Of a stretch of DNA of 11,475 bases, positions 6,957 to 11,475 are shown piece after piece; position 1 is the stretch's first letter; each line of letters begins with the position of its first letter. A model generated the notes under the pieces. It was given only the letters and a program-made list of their open reading frames with translations. It searched no databases and was not told where the DNA came from. Location: NCBI GenBank assembly GCA_038127595.1, contig JAYPIC010000053.1, positions 1 through 11,475 on the forward strand. The letters run 5' to 3'. The DNA comes from a bacterium (GTDB lineage Bacteria; Fidelibacterota; Marinisomatia; Marinisomatales; UBA1611). A program made the translations under genes and the position numbers.

Positions 6957-8360
6957 GTGAGCGAAAAAAATATAAGAAAATTTTATCCTTTACTTTTTAT
7001 ATCATTATTATGGTTCCTTAGTCCGCCAGAAGGACTAAGTGTTCAAGGATATAGGATATTCATAGTTTTCTTATCAGTCATTTTTTCTCTTTTATTGCAA
7101 CAGATCTCGATGGCATTAAGTGTACTTGGTGGTCTAATTTTCTCTACAGTATCTGGGTTGATTCCGATTAAGGTTGCTTTAAAAGGGTATGGAGATTCAA
7201 CTACTTGGCTAGTAGTTAATGCCTTTTTAATAGCAGGCGTAATTATTCAAACAGGCTTAGGTAAAAGGATATCTCTTCTATGCATATTTTATCTAGGTAA
7301 AACAATGAGTGGCCTTGGATATGCTTTATGCTGCGCAGAACTTATTTTAGGGCCAGTAGTGCCTTCAAATACTGCCAGAGGTGGTGGTATATTAGCTCCA
7401 ATTGTTGATTCTATATCTAGAGCATTGGGTTCTACACCTTTAGACAAACCTGAAAAAGCAGGAGCATACTTGCATTTAATAGGTGCGCATGCTAATCTAA
7501 TAACTGCTGCAATGTTTTTAACCGGTATGGCGGCAAACCCTATTGTTTCAAAGGCAGCTTATGATATTTTTGAAATTGAGTATAATTGGCTGGACTGGGC
7601 ACTTGGAGCTATGGTTCCAGGATTAGTGGGATTAGCTCTTTTGCCATTATTCATGATGTATTTAGCTCCTCCTAAAATATCTTCAATAGAACCAGTAAGA
7701 GAAAAAATAAAGCAAGATCTAAAAAAAATAGGGCCATGGACTTTTCATGAGAAAAGCACTGCTGCAGTAATGGTTATGATGGTCCTATTATGGTTAACCA
7801 AAAACTTGCATGGAATAGGAACGACCACTGTCACATTCTTGGGAATTATTTTTATCTTATTTTCAGGCGCCGCATCTTGGGAAAGTATGATAAAAAATCA
7901 TAAGGCCTGGGATGCTTTGATTTGGCTTGGAGGACTTTTGACCCTTGCTACTAGTCTAAAAGATTTAGGATTTATATTGTGGTTTACAAGTTTCCTTCAA
8001 AACATGCTAACAGATTTTACGCCGTTGGTGATTTTTACTTTGGTTGTAATAATCTATTTCTACTCAATGTATTTATTTTCAATGTTAACGGCACACATTG
8101 TTGCCCTAGCAAGTGCGATGATGCTTCTAGCCTCTGAAATAAATTTAGCTCCACTGGTGATCATTTCTTGCATCGCGTATTTTTCAAATTTAAGCGGATG
8201 CTTGACTAACTATTCCACAGGGCCAATAATCATTTATTTTGGCAATGGATATTTGTCAACGTTAAAATGGTTTAAAATTGGTTTTCTAGTTTCCTTATAT
8301 CACATAACTATTTGGCTAGGAATTGGATCGGTATGGTGGAGGATATTAGGTTGGTGGTAG
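6957..8360 (+). CDS. DASS family anion/dicarboxylate transporter (CitT / 2-oxoglutarate-malate translocator-like)
   Basis: 467 aa, GTG start, highly hydrophobic. Motifs TGLGKRI, PSNTARGGGI, AMFLTGMAANP, AWDALIW, FSMLTAH, LTNYSTGP and a WW..LGW C-terminus. Confidence 0.93.
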   Translation: MSEKNIRKFYPLLFISLLWFLSPPEGLSVQGYRIFIVFLSVIFSLLLQQISMALSVLGGLIFSTVSGLIPIKVALKGYGDSTTWLVVNAFLIAGVIIQTGLGKRISLLCIFYLGKTMSGLGYALCCAELILGPVVPSNTARGGGILAPIVDSISRALGSTPLDKPEKAGAYLHLIGAHANLITAAMFLTGMAANPIVSKAAYDIFEIEYNWLDWALGAMVPGLVGLALLPLFMMYLAPPKISSIEPVREKIKQDLKKIGPWTFHEKSTAAVMVMMVLLWLTKNLHGIGTTTVTFLGIIFILFSGAASWESMIKNHKAWDALIWLGGLLTLATSLKDLGFILWFTSFLQNMLTDFTPLVIFTLVVIIYFYSMYLFSMLTAHIVALASAMMLLASEINLAPLVIISCIAYFSNLSGCLTNYSTGPIIIYFGNGYLSTLKWFKIGFLVSLYHITIWLGIGSVWWRILGWW

Positions 8361-8370
8361 AATGGAGTAT

Positions 8371-8562
8371 TTAATCGCCAGCAATAGGGGAGTTAAAAAT
8401 ACCAACGGCCATTTCAGCCCAAAGCATTATGAAAAAAATAAAAATCATCCATAATATAAGTTTTTTATATTGATTGACTCTATTGTATGCTATGCGCATT
8501 GAGAATAGACAAGCAAAAATCAAAAAACTCATGATGAAAAAATCAAGAAATGACCAATCCAT
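8371..8562 (-). CDS. Small two-TM hypothetical membrane protein
   Basis: 63 aa with two hydrophobic segments. DWSFLDF and WAEMAVGIFNSP resemble a conserved hypothetical family (W..DF ... WAELAVG.FG.P) that I recall from aquatic bacteria. Confidence 0.65.
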   Translation of the reverse strand: MDWSFLDFFIMSFLIFACLFSMRIAYNRVNQYKKLILWMIFIFFIMLWAEMAVGIFNSPIAGD

Positions 8563-8642
8563 ATTTTTAATTTAAATAAAGTAAATTTATAATCATCCTC
8601 AATTCAGTATTTAGTTATTAAAGACAATGGATGTGAAGACTT

Positions 8643-9317
8643 ATGATTGATGTTTTTGAATTTATAAAAGAAAAAAAAGCTGACTTTAAAGATAACACTG
8701 AACGCTACCGCGTAATGTTAGAACCTAAGTTTAAAGCTTTATCTGAAAAATTAAATAGTAAAATAACTAACACGCTTAATAACCCGTGGATGTTCAATCT
8801 GCCATCGATTGATCGATCAAAAATATTTAAGAAAAAAACAAACATTAATAATGAAAAAATTAAAAATGCATATGAAAAAATAGTAGAAAGTCTCGGAAAA
8901 GAAATTTTAGTTGGACCCTGGGAGACAGTTGACCAAGATAGGATTAATCGTTTTGCTGATGTAACTGGAGATCGGCAATGGATACATACAGATTTAACAA
9001 AAGCAAAGCTTGAATCTCCATTTAAAACAACTATTGCTCATGGTTTTTTGACATTGTCACTAATACCTAAGCTTACGGAGGATTTTGACTTTAATACGAT
9101 ACATCCTGGTTTAAAAATGATTGTTAATTGTGGATTAAATCAGGTCAGATTTCCTTTTCCTGTTAAATCAGGGTCAAAAATACGGGGGAGGGTGAAAATA
9201 ATTGATGCAGTCCCAAACAAGAACAATGTTGAGCTTGTCAATGAGGTGAGTATTGAAGTTGAAGGAAGAAAAAGATATGGATGTGTTGCTGAGACTGTCT
9301 TGAGACTGTATTATTAA
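8643..9317 (+). CDS. MaoC-family (hot-dog fold) dehydratase with N-terminal extension
   Basis: VDQDRINRFADVTGDRQWIH (hydratase D-x4-H), TIAHGFLTLSL, GLNQVRFPFPVKSGSKIRG. About 75 extra residues precede the domain. Confidence 0.92.
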   Translation: MIDVFEFIKEKKADFKDNTERYRVMLEPKFKALSEKLNSKITNTLNNPWMFNLPSIDRSKIFKKKTNINNEKIKNAYEKIVESLGKEILVGPWETVDQDRINRFADVTGDRQWIHTDLTKAKLESPFKTTIAHGFLTLSLIPKLTEDFDFNTIHPGLKMIVNCGLNQVRFPFPVKSGSKIRGRVKIIDAVPNKNNVELVNEVSIEVEGRKRYGCVAETVLRLYY

Positions 9318-9363
9318 TTAAAGCACATTATCATCCCACACCCATAAATAAAAAAAGAGAAAA

Positions 9364-10677
9364 ATTATAAAAGCTTCTTTTCAAAAAATTTTTAACAGTT
9401 ATAGAGAGTTACCAAGTAACGTTCATCTTTTATTTTTACTTGAGTTTAGTTTAAGTCTGATTCATGTTGCCTTCATTTTAATATTAAATATTTATCTTCG
9501 AAAAAAAGGGTTTTCAGATCCTGAAATTGCGTCATTTAATTCACTAAGGTTTGTAGGCGCATTAGCTTTTGCTTTACCTCTCGGAATTTTCATTAGAGGA
9601 AAAAAATTAAAACCATTTTTTGTTCTTTCTTCTTTAGCAGTTCCTTTAACTAGTATTATGATAATCGAATCAATTAAGCACTCAATCATTCCATTAATTC
9701 AATTAGCATTTCTTTTATGGGGAATTGGAATGATGATTATGAGAGTATGTTCATTACCATTTATCATTAGAAATACGACAAGTCAAAATAGTACCGAATC
9801 GCTATCCTTAAGTGCCTCTACATGGAGTTTAGCAACGATTTTTTCTGGTCTAATAATATCTGGTTTAGATTGGATCGCAAATATTGAGATTTTTGAAAGA
9901 AGTTTTTCCTTTGACGAATATAGCATTTTGTGGATTATTACCGTCATTGGTTTAGTCTCATTTTCATTTGCAATCAAGATAAATGAAAACGACGATGAGC
10001 TAAGTCAAAAGCAAAGTGGCATATTTTCATTGCGTCAAAATTATGATTGGAACTTAATATTTAGAGCTATCTCTCCATTGATTCTTATTTCAATTGGAGC
10101 GGGACTAACGATCCCTTTTGTAAATCTATTTTTTAATTCAATATTTAATTTGAGCTCTAGCGATTTTAGTTTGCTTGGAAGTTTTACAGCACTATTGGTT
10201 TTTATTTTTTCACTTCTAGTTCCAACGCTTAGAAAAAAATATGGATACTGGGCTACAATTGTGCTTAATCAAAGTCTAGCAATAGTCTTTTTAATAATAA
10301 TGGCGACAACGGAATTGTATGCAGCATCTAGTTATGCAATTATCATTGCTATTAGCGCGTATGTACTCAGGCAACCTCTAATGCATATGGCACATCCTGC
10401 TTCCAATGAATTGATGATGAATTATGTTGGTAAAAAAAACCAGGAACTAATTAGTGCATTAAGTTCTAGTTTATGGAGTGCATCCTGGTTTATTAGCGCA
10501 AAAATATTTGAATGGCTAAGAATATTAGAATTTCAATATTTTGAAATATTCCTAATTACAGCTGCTCTTTACATCATGGGAGTTGTTTTATTTGGATTTC
10601 TGATTGGCCAGTATGAAAAAAATAGTAGAAAAAGTAATCAGATATTGCCAATAGCTGACGAGTTATCTATTGATTGA
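9364..10677 (+). CDS. MFS transporter (start extended about 98 codons upstream of the ORF-track call; exact start uncertain)
   Basis: The frame is open from 9352 (after TAA 9349-9351) and encodes YRELPSNVHLLFLLEF...ILNIYLRKKGFSDPEIASFNSLRFVGALAFALPLG, a typical MFS TM1-TM2. The second half has LISIGAGLTIPFVNLFF and LRKKYG. About 437 aa fits a 12-TM MFS protein. Confidence 0.8.
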   Translation: MIKASFQKIFNSYRELPSNVHLLFLLEFSLSLIHVAFILILNIYLRKKGFSDPEIASFNSLRFVGALAFALPLGIFIRGKKLKPFFVLSSLAVPLTSIMIIESIKHSIIPLIQLAFLLWGIGMMIMRVCSLPFIIRNTTSQNSTESLSLSASTWSLATIFSGLIISGLDWIANIEIFERSFSFDEYSILWIITVIGLVSFSFAIKINENDDELSQKQSGIFSLRQNYDWNLIFRAISPLILISIGAGLTIPFVNLFFNSIFNLSSSDFSLLGSFTALLVFIFSLLVPTLRKKYGYWATIVLNQSLAIVFLIIMATTELYAASSYAIIIAISAYVLRQPLMHMAHPASNELMMNYVGKKNQELISALSSSLWSASWFISAKIFEWLRILEFQYFEIFLITAALYIMGVVLFGFLIGQYEKNSRKSNQILPIADELSID

Positions 10678-10738
10678 AAAATACATTAGTAATGTTATGC
10701 AGGAAATACATATATTTGTTCAACTAATGGAGTATTTT

Positions 10739-11047
10739 ATGAAAAAATTATTTATAGCTTCTTTCCTATTCTCTTTTTTGTTGGCCGAGGATAGCAAAAT
10801 TAATCTTAAAATCGATGGCATGCAGTGTGCGTATAGCTGTGCAGGTAAAGTTTCTCAGGTAGTTCAGAGTATCAAAGGCGTAGAGGAATGTGAAGTTGAC
10901 TTTGCTACTGGTACGGCAGTCGTTAAGTATGATGAGAAAAAAGTGAATTCCGATAACATAATAAAGCTAATAAACAAAAAGACATATTATAAAGCTGCGG
11001 TTGATAAAAAAGAATGTGCTAGTAAAGAAAAAAGTACTTCTATTTAA
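10739..11047 (+). CDS. Exported heavy-metal-associated (HMA) domain protein, MerP/CopZ-like
   Basis: GGAG SD at 10729-10732 precedes ATG 10739. Signal peptide MKKLFIASFLFSFLLA, then LKIDGMQCAYSCAGKV...GVEECEVDFATGTAVVKYD. 102 aa. Confidence 0.88.
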   Translation: MKKLFIASFLFSFLLAEDSKINLKIDGMQCAYSCAGKVSQVVQSIKGVEECEVDFATGTAVVKYDEKKVNSDNIIKLINKKTYYKAAVDKKECASKEKSTSI

Positions 11048-11068
11048 ATCGTATTATCTAAATAATAG

Positions 11069-11096
11069 AAAAACCCCGCGTTAGTGGGGTTTTTTT
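11069..11096 (+). terminator. Rho-independent terminator after the HMA gene
   Basis: AAAAA-CCCCGC-GTTA-GTGGGG-TTTTTTT: a GC-rich stem (one G-U), a 4-nt loop and a U tract. Confidence 0.9.
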
Positions 11097-11126
11097 ATTT
11101 CCTAAAAAACAAAGAATAAAATTATT

Positions 11127-11475
11127 ATGTGTGGTAGGTACGTAAATAAAAACACAATTGATGATCTTACAGATTTTTTTGGTCCTGAATTTTCTTTTGA
11201 TATTTCTGCTCAGCTCAATCAGAGCTATAATATTTGTCCTACTCAAAATTCTTCAGTTCTTTTTAAATCAATGGGTAGAATGAGACTAGAAGATATGAGT
11301 TGGGGATTGATCCCCTCTAGGTCTAAAGATAAAAATTTCGCATCCAAATTAATTAATGCTAGAGTAGAGACTATTGAAGAAAAACCTAGTTTTAAAAACC
11401 TGGTAGAGAAAAATAGGTGTATAGTAATTGCAAATGGATATTATGAATGGATTACAACATCTGAAGGAAAACAGC
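11127..11475 (+). CDS. SOS response-associated peptidase (SRAP, YedK/HMCES family), truncated by the window edge
   Basis: Manual translation: MCGRY...YNICPTQ...MSWGLIP...LINARVETIEEKPSFK...RCIVIANGYYEW. Catalytic Cys2 and the YEW glutamate are present. Not in the ORF track. Confidence 0.95.
   Translation, partial: MCGRYVNKNTIDDLTDFFGPEFSFDISAQLNQSYNICPTQNSSVLFKSMGRMRLEDMSWGLIPSRSKDKNFASKLINARVETIEEKPSFKNLVEKNRCIVIANGYYEWITTSEGKQ

Noticed and set aside
9492..9689. 65-aa minus-strand ORF
   Set aside because: Antisense to the extended MFS N-terminus, which explains the region better.
9783..9977. 64-aa minus-strand ORF
   Set aside because: Antisense within the MFS gene.
10670..10738. ORF-track TTG start for the HMA protein
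   Set aside because: ATG 10739 has a GGAG SD and gives a clean signal peptide, whereas the longer start overlaps the MFS gene end.
11058..11246. 62-aa minus-strand ORF
   Set aside because: Antisense to the SRAP gene and runs through the terminator.

Overview
AT-rich bacterial DNA (roughly 30% GC by eye; gene content suggests a marine FCB-group organism such as Marinimicrobia, which is inference only). The left 6.8 kb is a minus-strand metal-uptake operon. In transcription order it has a small His/Cys-rich leader ORF ending in RAPP, an acidic His-rich lipoprotein, a ZnuD-like TonB-dependent receptor, an ABC ATPase and two DUF3526-type permeases. The most interesting signal is the leader. It has an N-terminal hydrophobic segment, CxxxC/CxxC and His clusters, and a C-terminal RAPP ribosome-arrest motif, and its last codons are complementary to the Shine-Dalgarno of the next gene. 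This is the layout of a metal-sensing translational switch (CruR/CutF/DUF2946-like), here apparently on a zinc-type uptake system. The right part encodes a DASS anion transporter, a small membrane protein, a MaoC dehydratase, an MFS transporter whose N-terminal ~100 codons have no ATG/GTG/TTG start, an exported HMA-domain protein with a terminator, and the 5' part of an SRAP (YedK-like) gene missing from the ORF track. No rRNA, tRNA, CRISPR array or mobile element was seen.
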